64,000 nt of DNA from Candidatus Poseidoniaceae archaeon (GTDB lineage Archaea; Thermoplasmatota; Poseidoniia; Poseidoniales; Poseidoniaceae). Positions within the stretch are counted from its first letter, which is position 1. Each line of letters starts with the position of its first letter. Positions 1-9,055 of the stretch are shown piece by piece. A program made the translations under genes and the position numbers. The notes beneath the pieces are model-generated. The model was not told where the DNA came from and ran no database searches. It was given only the letters and a program-made list of their open reading frames with translations. The DNA is taken from contig CASIBX010000005.1 in NCBI GenBank assembly GCA_949373075.1, forward strand, positions 5,873 through 69,872. The letters are read 5' to 3'.

Positions 1-135
1 TTCTACCTTGACATTCAGAGTACCTGGCCAAGCACTTTGACCAATGATTTGTTTGAATTGTTCCTGATAGTGTTCTTGCGACATGAAAATGTGGGCTCGA
101 CCAAGTCCAGATGAGACAATACCCTCGATGCGCAT
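1..135 (-). CDS. ribK: CTP-dependent riboflavin kinase, N-terminal 45 aa (partial, runs off left edge)
   Basis: Not in the ORF track (<60 aa). The minus-strand frame from the ATG at 135 reads MRIEGIVSSGLGRAHIFMSQEHYQEQFKQIIGQSAWPGTLNVKVE. This matches the archaeal riboflavin kinase N-terminus (GxVxSGLGxG ... PGTLN). An in-frame stop lies just upstream at 154-156. Confidence 0.6.
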   Translation of the reverse strand, partial: MRIEGIVSSGLGRAHIFMSQEHYQEQFKQIIGQSAWPGTLNVKVE

Positions 136-214
136 GACTCGGCGAAAGGCCTCTCATTGATGACTGTTCTGTAACTTGGGGAAACAACATGTAGAACAAC
201 CACTTGGGTCCAAC

Positions 215-1396
215 ATGGCAGGAGACCTATCTTGGATGGAAGAGCGATATTCGCATCTTGAAGAACAATCTTTACTGTGGGAACCTCCAACACTTGAAGG
301 AGCGAATCAACCGCGCTGTATGATGGATGGAAAGCCTACAATCATGCTTTCGGCTAATAATTACCTTAACCTAACCACACACCCTAAGGTGGTTGAAGCA
401 TCGATTGCAGCCACTAGGAAATATGGTGCTGGAAGCGGTTCGGTCAGAGCGATTGCAGGAACGATGGATATTCACTTGGAAGCAGAGGATAAAGTCGCAG
501 AATTCAAGGGAGTTGAATCATCACTAATTTATTCTGCAGGATATACTGCAAATGTAGGACTAATTCCTTCTTTGGTTCAAGGCAAGCAGGATGTAATTAT
601 TTCAGATGCCTTAAATCATGGCTCAATTATCGATGGTGTACGATTAACAAAAGCACAACGTGCGGTTTTTCCTCACAATGACATGGGTGCTTTCGAGCAA
701 GTTCTCAAAGAGCATGAAAGTGCTGACCGTAAACTCGTAATTGTTGACGGTGTTTTCTCTATGGATGGAGATATTTGTCCTCTCGATGAATTAACCGCAC
801 TTGCGGAAGAGTACAATGCCATGGTGATGGTTGATGATTGTCATGGTGAAGGTGTTCTTGGGGATGGAGGCAGAGGAATTGTAGACCATTTCAAACTTCA
901 GGGAAGAGTTGATTTTGAAGTAGGTTCATTCTCTAAAGCACTTGGAGTGCAGGGTGGAATTCTAGCCGGTAAAGAAATCGTTAGGAAGCACGCATTGAAT
1001 CACTCTCGTTCATGGTTACTTTCCGGTTCGCAACCCCCAGGCGTTGCAGCAGCACAGAAAGCGGCTGTTGAAGTGTTGATGGATGAACCTGAGCATCACG
1101 CTAAATTATGGGAGAACACTGAATACTTCCGTGGTGAAATGCAATCATTAGGATTTGATACTGGTGTTTCGACTACACCGATTATTCCTGTAATGTGCGG
1201 TGAGTCTTCAGTTGCTAAAGGCCTTTCAAATGAGATGCTAAAGCAAGGTGTAATGGCTGGAGCAATAGTTTTCCCAATGGTTGCTAGAGACAAAGCAAGA
1301 GTTAGAACACAAATGTCTGCTGGTCTTACCCGTGAAGACTTAGATGAGGTTCTACGGATCTTTGAGGGCGCAGGTAAGACTGTTGGCCTAATTTGA
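215..1396 (+). CDS. kbl: 2-amino-3-ketobutyrate CoA ligase (glycine C-acetyltransferase), PLP-dependent
   Basis: Near full-length resemblance to Kbl/BioF class-II aminotransferases: ISDALNHGSIIDGVRL, DGVFSMDGD, VDDCHG, the SFSKALG PLP-lysine motif and ARVRTQMSA. The track ORF starts at a TTG at 176. The ATG at 215 (MAGDLSW) is the more likely start. Confidence 0.85.
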   Translation: MAGDLSWMEERYSHLEEQSLLWEPPTLEGANQPRCMMDGKPTIMLSANNYLNLTTHPKVVEASIAATRKYGAGSGSVRAIAGTMDIHLEAEDKVAEFKGVESSLIYSAGYTANVGLIPSLVQGKQDVIISDALNHGSIIDGVRLTKAQRAVFPHNDMGAFEQVLKEHESADRKLVIVDGVFSMDGDICPLDELTALAEEYNAMVMVDDCHGEGVLGDGGRGIVDHFKLQGRVDFEVGSFSKALGVQGGILAGKEIVRKHALNHSRSWLLSGSQPPGVAAAQKAAVEVLMDEPEHHAKLWENTEYFRGEMQSLGFDTGVSTTPIIPVMCGESSVAKGLSNEMLKQGVMAGAIVFPMVARDKARVRTQMSAGLTREDLDEVLRIFEGAGKTVGLI

Positions 1397-1435
1397 CGGC
1401 TAAACCTTTATCGAGAAAAGCAATAACCATCTGGT

Positions 1436-3631
1436 ATGGTCGAAATTGAAAGGATATTATCTCAGAGGGACCGATTTATACTTTGGACTCCAATATTGGC
1501 TCTTCTTCTAGTGTTAGCGATGGAGTTCAGCCCATTTTACCAGGTAGAATTCTATGAAACAGACACCGATCTATCGGATGGAGAGAGAACAGTCACTTTC
1601 GATTCCTATGACGATTATCAGAGTGTGCATGGTTCATCAGAGGACTATATTGGTTTAAATCAAAGCAGCGAATATTTCGGGGGTAGTATGCAGAATGTCT
1701 ATGAAATTACTGATCCTGATGATGAAGACTACCTAGGTCTAATGATGGTCGAAGTAGATTCTAAATTATCCACTTGGTTAACAATCTCACTGATTCTTGT
1801 TCTCCTTATTATCGTAGGTACCAAGGAGAAAATAAATTTCAATAAATATGTAAATCACGAAACAATCAATGGTGCATCACTAGCATTCATCTCTATAACG
1901 AGTCTATTTCTAATTTTCAGTATCATGGGATATGGATCTGAATTTTCGGATCCGTACGGAGATATTGACGATGGTGATTCTAATGAATTCGAGTACAATG
2001 ACGGGTTCTGGGGAGGATTATATCTCGAAGATGAAAGCTCTGAAGGTGATGTAATCAAGAATGAAATTACATGGGGCCCACATATCGGTTTTCTGCTCAT
2101 AATTTTCTTATTCACCATTACACTAATAGGCTCGATTTTTTCATTCATTACTCTGTTTGAACAGTTTGATGTTGAACAAAAACCCGAATGGATTTTTTCA
2201 GATGAAACATCTGATAAGATCGCAAAAGGCCTCGAAAAACTACCTTCGATTATGATTGCTGCAACAGTAATTTTAGCGATTTGTTCCGTGTTTACTCCAT
2301 GGTACCAAATCGATCAGACATGGGAAGGTTCGCATGGGGGTGAAGAAAACCGAACGACTCATGAGTTTGCTTGGACGTTATCACCGTTCCTTGTTGTGTT
2401 TGATAATCAATCAGGACTTGATGATAAAGTTGCAGGAGAAAAAAGCACTAGTTACGACTCATATTCCGAACATCCAGAATTAGAAAATATTGCTGAGCCT
2501 TTGTTAGAACTGAAATGGCCTTTAATCTGCATATTTATTCTTTGCATGCTCGCAGTAACTAAACGCATGTCAAGTAGAATAACCGAAGCCATTGAGGGCG
2601 AGGAAAAGTGTTGGAACACATTGTTCATTGCTGCAATTGTCATCTCGATTTCCTTAACTAACTCAGCGTTCGAGGATGGTATATTTGGGAAAGCCGAAGA
2701 CGACCTAGACGACATGTCAGCGTCATATTACACAAAACCGATGTTTGACGGTGCAAGAGACTCAAATTTCGGACAACAGTACACAGTGGTCACCAATGGC
2801 TCCTGGTGGTTGGGAGAAAACGTCTCGACATACCAAGTAGAGATTACATGGGCTAATTCGATTGGTGCAAAATTCGCACAACTCTCCGAGTTAATTGGGT
2901 TGTTGGCAATTGCGCTGATTTGGGCACCGTTCACAATCCGACACATTAATCAAACCAAATTTCCAAAGTTAGGACAAGAACAACTGGAATTGTGGAAAGG
3001 ACGACCTGCAATTGGAGTAATGATAAGTGTTCTACTAATCACATCACTGGGAGGAGGTGTTGGGGAACTAATTGCATCATCAGAATCCTCTGCACCAAAA
3101 AGTATTCTGAAATGGAATATCGATTGGGAAAACACTAATGGAAATATTGACGGATCAGCAACGATGTCTGATGGAGAGAGTATCGAAATAAAGATTGATA
3201 CCAGTGAATTCGAGTTGGGTAACGTCACGTTTGTTGGGGTTTACATCGTATGCGCTGAGGGTGATCAGCAATCACAATTCGACAGCTTCGATTCATTAAC
3301 TTGGGAGTTAACTGCACCTGAGGGAGTAAATACATCTGGGCTTACAACACAAGGTGATATTACTTGCAGCAACCAAAATCCAGGAGAAGATTACGTATAT
3401 TGGTTTGGTGATTGGGAATATCCGAGTGGAGAGATTTATGCTCAAAGTTCAGAAGAGGTCCTCAAGATGTTCAAATGGATAAGTTTAGGGGATGGAGTGT
3501 GGACCTTAACCCTGACAGCTTCTATCGGAGAGGATTTTAGCCCAATTCAAGATGATGATTCATGCCAACCGAGTTGGGAGATTCAACTCGGTGGAATTGA
3601 TGGAGTAAGCGCTCTCGTAGATGAAGAATGA
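1436..3631 (+). CDS. Hypothetical polytopic membrane protein with long acidic extracytoplasmic loops
   Basis: 731-aa ORF with several hydrophobic helices separated by D/E-rich loops. An x-W motif recurs just before helices (STWLTISL, ITWGPHIGF, FAWTLSPF, ITWANSIG). I recognise no family. Confidence 0.6.
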   Translation: MVEIERILSQRDRFILWTPILALLLVLAMEFSPFYQVEFYETDTDLSDGERTVTFDSYDDYQSVHGSSEDYIGLNQSSEYFGGSMQNVYEITDPDDEDYLGLMMVEVDSKLSTWLTISLILVLLIIVGTKEKINFNKYVNHETINGASLAFISITSLFLIFSIMGYGSEFSDPYGDIDDGDSNEFEYNDGFWGGLYLEDESSEGDVIKNEITWGPHIGFLLIIFLFTITLIGSIFSFITLFEQFDVEQKPEWIFSDETSDKIAKGLEKLPSIMIAATVILAICSVFTPWYQIDQTWEGSHGGEENRTTHEFAWTLSPFLVVFDNQSGLDDKVAGEKSTSYDSYSEHPELENIAEPLLELKWPLICIFILCMLAVTKRMSSRITEAIEGEEKCWNTLFIAAIVISISLTNSAFEDGIFGKAEDDLDDMSASYYTKPMFDGARDSNFGQQYTVVTNGSWWLGENVSTYQVEITWANSIGAKFAQLSELIGLLAIALIWAPFTIRHINQTKFPKLGQEQLELWKGRPAIGVMISVLLITSLGGGVGELIASSESSAPKSILKWNIDWENTNGNIDGSATMSDGESIEIKIDTSEFELGNVTFVGVYIVCAEGDQQSQFDSFDSLTWELTAPEGVNTSGLTTQGDITCSNQNPGEDYVYWFGDWEYPSGEIYAQSSEEVLKMFKWISLGDGVWTLTLTASIGEDFSPIQDDDSCQPSWEIQLGGIDGVSALVDEE

Positions 3632-3641
3632 GTCATTCTTC
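3623..3641. terminator. Perfect 9+1+9 inverted repeat spanning both convergent stop codons (possible bidirectional terminator hairpin)
   Basis: The sequence is gaagaaTGA g TCAttcttc. The two arms encode the Glu-Glu-stop ends of the + and - strand genes. The stem is AT-rich (3 GC in 9 bp), so any structure would be weak. Confidence 0.25.
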
Positions 3642-4274
3642 TTCTGATTCGAAGGACTCAACTACTTCCATCAGATCTGAATCATCCGATGCAATTTCTT
3701 CCCCTTGCTCTTGGAGATATTCTTTCGCTGGTATGTCCTTAAATGGATTGTTGCCATCCTCAATCAAACATAAAATCCTCCAACGAGGAGCCCAAGACAA
3801 ATGTATGTAAAATGGCCCTGGAATCATCAGTAAACCCCATGAAAGATATTGGGTGTAATCGTTAGATGCCAACAAATCTGTATGAATTAGGGTGAAAAGA
3901 GTGAAGCCAATGAAAGGCATTGGGTAGAGCAACTTCCTGTTTACCGACATCGGCATACGTTTTGTAAATGCATTGATTAAACGACTGAACATACCCAGGA
4001 AAGCTGTAGCAAACATCAGTAAACTGGCATGGAGTATCCATAATGGGAGCCAAAACTCTTCAGTCATGTAGTATGGTAAAATCAATGCGAGAGATACCAA
4101 AAGGCCGTAAAATGCTCCAATATTAGATGGATGCGAAAGCCAAAGTGGAAGATTGGAAAAGCGCTTAGAAAGCCCTCCTCCAGAAACCAATTCGTGTTGG
4201 GATTCAGTAAGCGTAGAAGTTCGCTCATCCCAGGCAACATCTTCGCCCATAGCCTGCATGGTGATGAATTGCAC
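3633..4274 (-). CDS. Hypothetical membrane protein with acidic C-terminal tail
   Basis: 213-aa ORF with about 4 hydrophobic helices and the C-terminus ...SDDSDLMEVVESFESEEE. It is convergent with the previous gene, with only 1 nt between the stop codons. Confidence 0.5.
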   Translation of the reverse strand: MQFITMQAMGEDVAWDERTSTLTESQHELVSGGGLSKRFSNLPLWLSHPSNIGAFYGLLVSLALILPYYMTEEFWLPLWILHASLLMFATAFLGMFSRLINAFTKRMPMSVNRKLLYPMPFIGFTLFTLIHTDLLASNDYTQYLSWGLLMIPGPFYIHLSWAPRWRILCLIEDGNNPFKDIPAKEYLQEQGEEIASDDSDLMEVVESFESEEE

Positions 4275-4410
4275 ATTTGAAGGTACGGTGAAGAATTACC
4301 CAACTTAGTGCTATTCTCATTCGGATGAAAACATTCTAGATATCGGACCTTGGATTTCTAATTCTTCTTCAGGTAGCCATTCCCTTTCTAACAAAGTTGA
4401 ATCTTGCGAC

Positions 4411-4929
4411 TCACGTTCTCATCGCATCATCAAACTCATCTTTCGATTCATTTATTGCGTTGTTTAATGAAATCGCTTGATTGATGATGGCGAGTTGTTT
4501 TGATAATGATTTTAGATTTTTGTTAGTATCCCATATCGATAAGATTGAATGTTCCCCATCCTGCTTATGGATGAGAATACCACTTACAGGGTCCTTCACT
4601 ATTTTCAGACGATGTATCCCTGGGTCAATCCATTCATCAGTAAATCTAACCATTATCTCTGAGTTATCTACTGCACCTGCTTCCATAAAGGGATGATTGA
4701 GGTTCACCGCTAAGGGTATGGATGAGATTCCATTAAATCTTAGGAATGCAAAAAATGAAAATACCAGACAGATTAGTGCTAAAAATATCAACTCAAAGTA
4801 AAAGATGCTACAAACTAATGAGACACAAGTTAGAATCGAGAATACCAGTATCTGCTGTTTGTTAGAGTGATTGGCTTCTACAGAAACTGGGGTTTTGGAA
4901 AAATGAATCAGCCCTTTCGGCTCGTCCAT
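4411..4929 (-). CDS. Hypothetical membrane protein
   Basis: 172-aa ORF with two adjacent hydrophobic helices (ILVFSILTCVSLVCSIFYF / LIFLALICLVFSFFAFL) followed by a soluble domain. I recognise no family. Confidence 0.45.
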   Translation of the reverse strand: MDEPKGLIHFSKTPVSVEANHSNKQQILVFSILTCVSLVCSIFYFELIFLALICLVFSFFAFLRFNGISSIPLAVNLNHPFMEAGAVDNSEIMVRFTDEWIDPGIHRLKIVKDPVSGILIHKQDGEHSILSIWDTNKNLKSLSKQLAIINQAISLNNAINESKDEFDDAMRT

Positions 4930-4970
4930 ACCTTCGCCAAACGCAAGAAGGACATGAAACCCTCGTCACA

Positions 4971-6713
4971 ATGCTAATACTACCCCCATCATTCAAGAAG
5001 GGTGGAATTACCAACCACCCCGTAGGGGTGTCTATGGTCGAGTTGCCACAAGGTAATATCATTGAAGAAAGGCGCGGAGGCGCCGGCATTCTTGCGACCT
5101 TGGTTAATGAGATGATCAAGATAGGCACTGATGGCTACATCAGATGCGAAAGAACGCCTACTGAGGCTATGCCGAGGGTTGGCCAAGTAGTGGTCAGCAA
5201 CGGCACAGTAGCTGCTGCCATTCATGAAAGTGATGCCATATTGGAATCTGTTGACGCCCTTATTGAAATCGAATCGGACTCAATAGAATTAGATTGTATC
5301 TTACAATTGATTGAAGATGTAGATACTTACAGGATTTTAGACTTACACCCCAATGCTAGATTGAATATCGATAATCCAGAAGAGAGCCGTTCATCGAAAT
5401 GGTGGGATGATGTCAGCAATACCACATCGGGATGGACTAAGGCTAGCAGATTACCAAGCATTGAATCATCAGTAGAGGCTCCCGAATTCATTCAAGCAAA
5501 AGCCGCTGCCATGGTACAGCGGCAAGTCATTGGCGGCAAATATCTCAAACCCGGCAGTGTTTATTCCAATGAGAGTGATGAACTGTTCACTTTAGCTTCG
5601 AATCTGAAAAACCACGGCAGGCCATTACTGGTAATCAGTCGAAGAAACCGAGAAGATTTGGTAGTGAATTACAATTTGCCCACAGAAGATTGCCTATGGT
5701 TATCACAAAAGGAGACTGAAGGAGTACAATTTGTGGATATCGATGCAATAAAAGGCACAGTGTATGGGTTCCTAGAAGGTAATTTGCGCGCTGTATTATT
5801 GCTCGATGGCTTAGAGTACTTGGCTAATATTTGTGGGGCAAAAGAAGTCATTGAGATGGTTCGTGAACTTGCAGATAGAATGAGGTTTGAAGATGACTGC
5901 CTCCTAATCTCTTGTGATAGAAAGGCTTGGAGCGATTCTGATGCAGCGCAAATTACGCGTGCAGCACCTTACCTCGATACAGAAATTATCGAAGCATGGA
6001 ATAGCGACCCTGAATACATACTAGACCACCCACTAATGGCGCCTCCAACTGAAGATGAATTGCTTAGATTAGCAGAATACTTGCAAGCAAACACTCCTGA
6101 AACATTCGAAAAACCAGAAATTATCGAACTGCCGGCTAAGGCAATCGAGTCGGAAGAAATACTCATCGAGGTAGTCGAAGAGGAAATCGTCTTCACTGAA
6201 GACGAAGAAGAGGTAGTTGAGGAGGAAGAGATTTTGGTAGAAATTTCTAAAGGTCCACGAACTCCTCAAACTGTGAAGAGAAGGAGATCAAAACATCCTC
6301 AAATCATGAGTGCAAGGGCCGCTAAGAATGCAGGTTTAGCAGCGGCAAAAGAAGGCACAATTGATGCTGAAATTCCAACTAATTCCAATATTCCAAAAAC
6401 GGCAATTGGCCAAGGCAGAGAAGGTAAACTTCCAAGTATACCAACAGTCATTCGAAATGAACTCAGTGATGCAGTTCGACAAGAGGTCACTCAAAGGGTA
6501 AGTAAACTGCCAGATACTAAATTAGCACCTAAGATTGATGCTGCAGCGAAAGAGCATGATACTCGTAAAGAAGCGATTAGCCCAGTTGCCGCTAGAGGAA
6601 TTAAAGTTCAAAGGAACGTTTCAAAGCGTTCGCAAGCATCTAGTGTTCCACAAAGAAAAATCGACCTTGAAAAAGAGTTAGATTCTTGGAAATTTAAGGA
6701 GGGAGATTCGTGA
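4971..6713 (+). CDS. DUF835-type domain protein with PATAN/DUF4388-like N-terminus and long charged low-complexity tail
   Basis: The central region matches the archaeal DUF835 pattern as I recall it: GRPLLVISRRNREDLVVNYNLPTEDCLWLSQ...AVLLLDGLEYLANICGAKEVIEMVRELADRM...CLLISCD. The N-terminus (GYIRCER...GQVVVSNGTVAAAIHE...ESVDALIEI) resembles PATAN-like domains. The true start may be M22 at 5034. Confidence 0.6.
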   Translation: MLILPPSFKKGGITNHPVGVSMVELPQGNIIEERRGGAGILATLVNEMIKIGTDGYIRCERTPTEAMPRVGQVVVSNGTVAAAIHESDAILESVDALIEIESDSIELDCILQLIEDVDTYRILDLHPNARLNIDNPEESRSSKWWDDVSNTTSGWTKASRLPSIESSVEAPEFIQAKAAAMVQRQVIGGKYLKPGSVYSNESDELFTLASNLKNHGRPLLVISRRNREDLVVNYNLPTEDCLWLSQKETEGVQFVDIDAIKGTVYGFLEGNLRAVLLLDGLEYLANICGAKEVIEMVRELADRMRFEDDCLLISCDRKAWSDSDAAQITRAAPYLDTEIIEAWNSDPEYILDHPLMAPPTEDELLRLAEYLQANTPETFEKPEIIELPAKAIESEEILIEVVEEEIVFTEDEEEVVEEEEILVEISKGPRTPQTVKRRRSKHPQIMSARAAKNAGLAAAKEGTIDAEIPTNSNIPKTAIGQGREGKLPSIPTVIRNELSDAVRQEVTQRVSKLPDTKLAPKIDAAAKEHDTRKEAISPVAARGIKVQRNVSKRSQASSVPQRKIDLEKELDSWKFKEGDS

Positions 6714-8458
6714 GCACCTCGCATCAAGAAAAATTACAACTTGCGCTTGCAAACGCTCGAACTGCGTTGGGTAAAGGTGCTATTGAGGGCAGGCCGGCTC
6801 TTTCAAAATTGAATAGATTGAGGGGGGTGGAATCTGTAAGTGACACCCGTGGTGGAGATTTAATTACCCGAACCAGAGTTAAAACACGACCTGTATTCGA
6901 CATGGTTGCAGATGAAATACTCGGTGAAACTGCTCCTTGGACCCCAAGTATTGACCTCGAAGATGGCGATAGCAGTTTAGCACAAATTGCTGCAAGAAGA
7001 ATTAATCAAATGAGAGAAAAGCAGGTTACTGAAGAAATAAGTGAAGACCTTCTTGGAGACTCTGTCGGAGTTCTGAAGGACGGACGTCCGATTTGGGCAG
7101 AAGTTTTAGATTCACAACGAGGTTACTCGATCAATGCTACCGATTATGGTTTGAAAGATTTATCGTTTAGACCAAAGTGGCCACCTATTCAGAATATGTC
7201 TGAGCACAACACATGGAAATCATGGCATGTTATCGAAGAAAATAGTAGAGCATCCATGGCTTGTGAAAAAGTAATTGCCAAACCGGGAATTACGATGAAT
7301 CCATTACTGATACTAGGCGAAAGTGGCAGTGGTAAGTCTCACATTTTGAGTGCTGCAACTCAAGCGATGATCAGGAGACAGGATGGGAATGTACACTTGT
7401 TATCCACCACTGCAATGCGGGGCTGGGAATCTTTACCAGATGGATGGGAAGAGGCGGTTGCACATGCTAATCTAATCGCTATTGACGACTTACACCTCGC
7501 AGAAGAGAGAATTGCGACAGAGATTGGCCTGATGATTGACTATGCATTGAATTTAGGCGTTCAAGTGATTGCCACTTCAAGAATGGATTCCAATGAATGG
7601 CAAGCAAGAAGGTTGTGGGAGGTGATGCGTTCTGCAACTAGCATTTGGTTACGAAAGCCGAGTGCTTCGTCCCTCATGACACATTTACGTAGAGAAGCGA
7701 GTGGAAGAGCTCTTTTGCTTGATGATAGCATGCTTGCAAGGATAGTAAAGCATGGAAATGGTGATTGGAGAAGCACAGATGCTGCATTTGAGAAAGTCGC
7801 ATTGGGCATCGAATCAGGCGAAAAAATCATTTCTAGTGAAGATGTAACTCACATCTTGGAAGATGTTCCAATACCAATAACTGAACTGGAAAGGTTCGCT
7901 GAAAGAGAAGACTTGGAAGATGTTGCATCCAGAGTAATCAGTAAGACACTGGACCATGTTTACACAGGGACTGACATTGGAGGTGTTGAGATCCATGCAC
8001 CTCTACCAATAATGAGTGACGACTGGGAAGTTCCCGAACTAACAATACAAGAGAAAGACGAACTTCATCAATTGTTAATCAGTGAAAACCTGACACCACA
8101 CGTCACAACTACACTTACGCTTGATGAGAGAGAAGAGTTCTTAGTTCAATCAGAGCAGAAAATCAGAGGCTTAGATAACGTAAGGGCTCGTGAAACGGCC
8201 GCTAGCATCAGTAACATAACAGATGAGATGTTTGAAGAAATGAGCCGTGAACATTTGGACAAATCAAATCAGTTAGCTGAACTTGAAAGCGAAATGATGA
8301 GATTATCTGAAATTAGCAAGGATGCTAGTGTTGAAGAATTGATAGAAATCGCCGATAGGGTAGGCGATATTGAATCATTGTTGGGAGAGATTTCAGGTGA
8401 AGCACATTATGCTAGTTTGACACCCATTACTGTCCTCACACCAACGGGTGAAGAATAA
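6710..8458 (+). CDS. DnaA/Hda-like AAA+ ATPase (DnaA domain III homolog without the domain IV HTH), acidic coiled-coil C-terminus
   Basis: Collinear with DnaA domain III. NPLLILGESGSGKSHILSA is Walker A (compare NPLFLYGGTGLGKTHLLHA). NLIAIDDLHL is Walker B. IGLMIDYALNLGVQVIATSR compares with [21 protein letters not shown]. The lid region is LLLDDSMLARIVKHGNGDWRSTDAAFEKVAL. The GTG start overlaps the upstream stop (GTGA). Confidence 0.7.
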   Translation: MSTSHQEKLQLALANARTALGKGAIEGRPALSKLNRLRGVESVSDTRGGDLITRTRVKTRPVFDMVADEILGETAPWTPSIDLEDGDSSLAQIAARRINQMREKQVTEEISEDLLGDSVGVLKDGRPIWAEVLDSQRGYSINATDYGLKDLSFRPKWPPIQNMSEHNTWKSWHVIEENSRASMACEKVIAKPGITMNPLLILGESGSGKSHILSAATQAMIRRQDGNVHLLSTTAMRGWESLPDGWEEAVAHANLIAIDDLHLAEERIATEIGLMIDYALNLGVQVIATSRMDSNEWQARRLWEVMRSATSIWLRKPSASSLMTHLRREASGRALLLDDSMLARIVKHGNGDWRSTDAAFEKVALGIESGEKIISSEDVTHILEDVPIPITELERFAEREDLEDVASRVISKTLDHVYTGTDIGGVEIHAPLPIMSDDWEVPELTIQEKDELHQLLISENLTPHVTTTLTLDEREEFLVQSEQKIRGLDNVRARETAASISNITDEMFEEMSREHLDKSNQLAELESEMMRLSEISKDASVEELIEIADRVGDIESLLGEISGEAHYASLTPITVLTPTGEE

Positions 8459-8922
8459 TGAGCAAGCCTTGGTGGATGGCAGGAGTGCCTTTCACTTGCC
8501 AGTCCAATTGTGGAAAATGCTGTGATGAGCCAGGTGGAATTGTTTACCTTAGGCCAGAGGATGCCAAAATAATGGCATCTCACCACGAAATGGATGTAGA
8601 AGAGTGGCTGGAAAGAGATGGCCGTCAAACGCTCGATGGAAGATGGGTTCTCAAATCTGATCCGGTTACCGAGGTTTGCATTTATTTGGATGGAGAGAAG
8701 AAATGTACAACTTATCAGGCTCGACCTGCACAATGCCAATCATATCCATTCTGGGCCGAAAATGTACGCTCAGACCGATCTTGGAAAAAAACAGTTAGCG
8801 AATGTCCAGGACTAGAATCTGAAGAGGCCTTTATCATCGATGGTGACACTATTCGGAGGAAAATTCTGGAAGATAGAGATGCATCCAGAGGATTCAGAGA
8901 ATGGCCTCCTAAAAGAATGTGA
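8458..8922 (+). CDS. YkgJ-family zinc/iron-chelating protein (CxxCxxCC, UPF0153)
   Basis: CQSNCGKCCDEPGG, then VCIYLDGEKKCTTYQARPAQCQSYPFW, which is the typical bipartite Cys pattern of this family. The start ATG overlaps the upstream TAA (TAATG). Confidence 0.75.
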   Translation: MSKPWWMAGVPFTCQSNCGKCCDEPGGIVYLRPEDAKIMASHHEMDVEEWLERDGRQTLDGRWVLKSDPVTEVCIYLDGEKKCTTYQARPAQCQSYPFWAENVRSDRSWKKTVSECPGLESEEAFIIDGDTIRRKILEDRDASRGFREWPPKRM

Positions 8923-9055
8923 TTTTTACTTAAAGACACGACTCCCATTGTAGAACACTAAGTGTTTCTAGCAACACCTAATCTGGATTTAATTGAAAAA
9001 ATTAGCGTCGCACTTATACAGAAGTGACTCTTCCCTGTGCTTGGATGGTGATTTA

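Noticed and set aside
15-293. 92-aa minus-strand ORF at the left edge
   Set aside because: The translation looks like no known family. A different minus-strand frame (1-135) gives a clear riboflavin kinase N-terminus, and 215 onward is kbl on the + strand.
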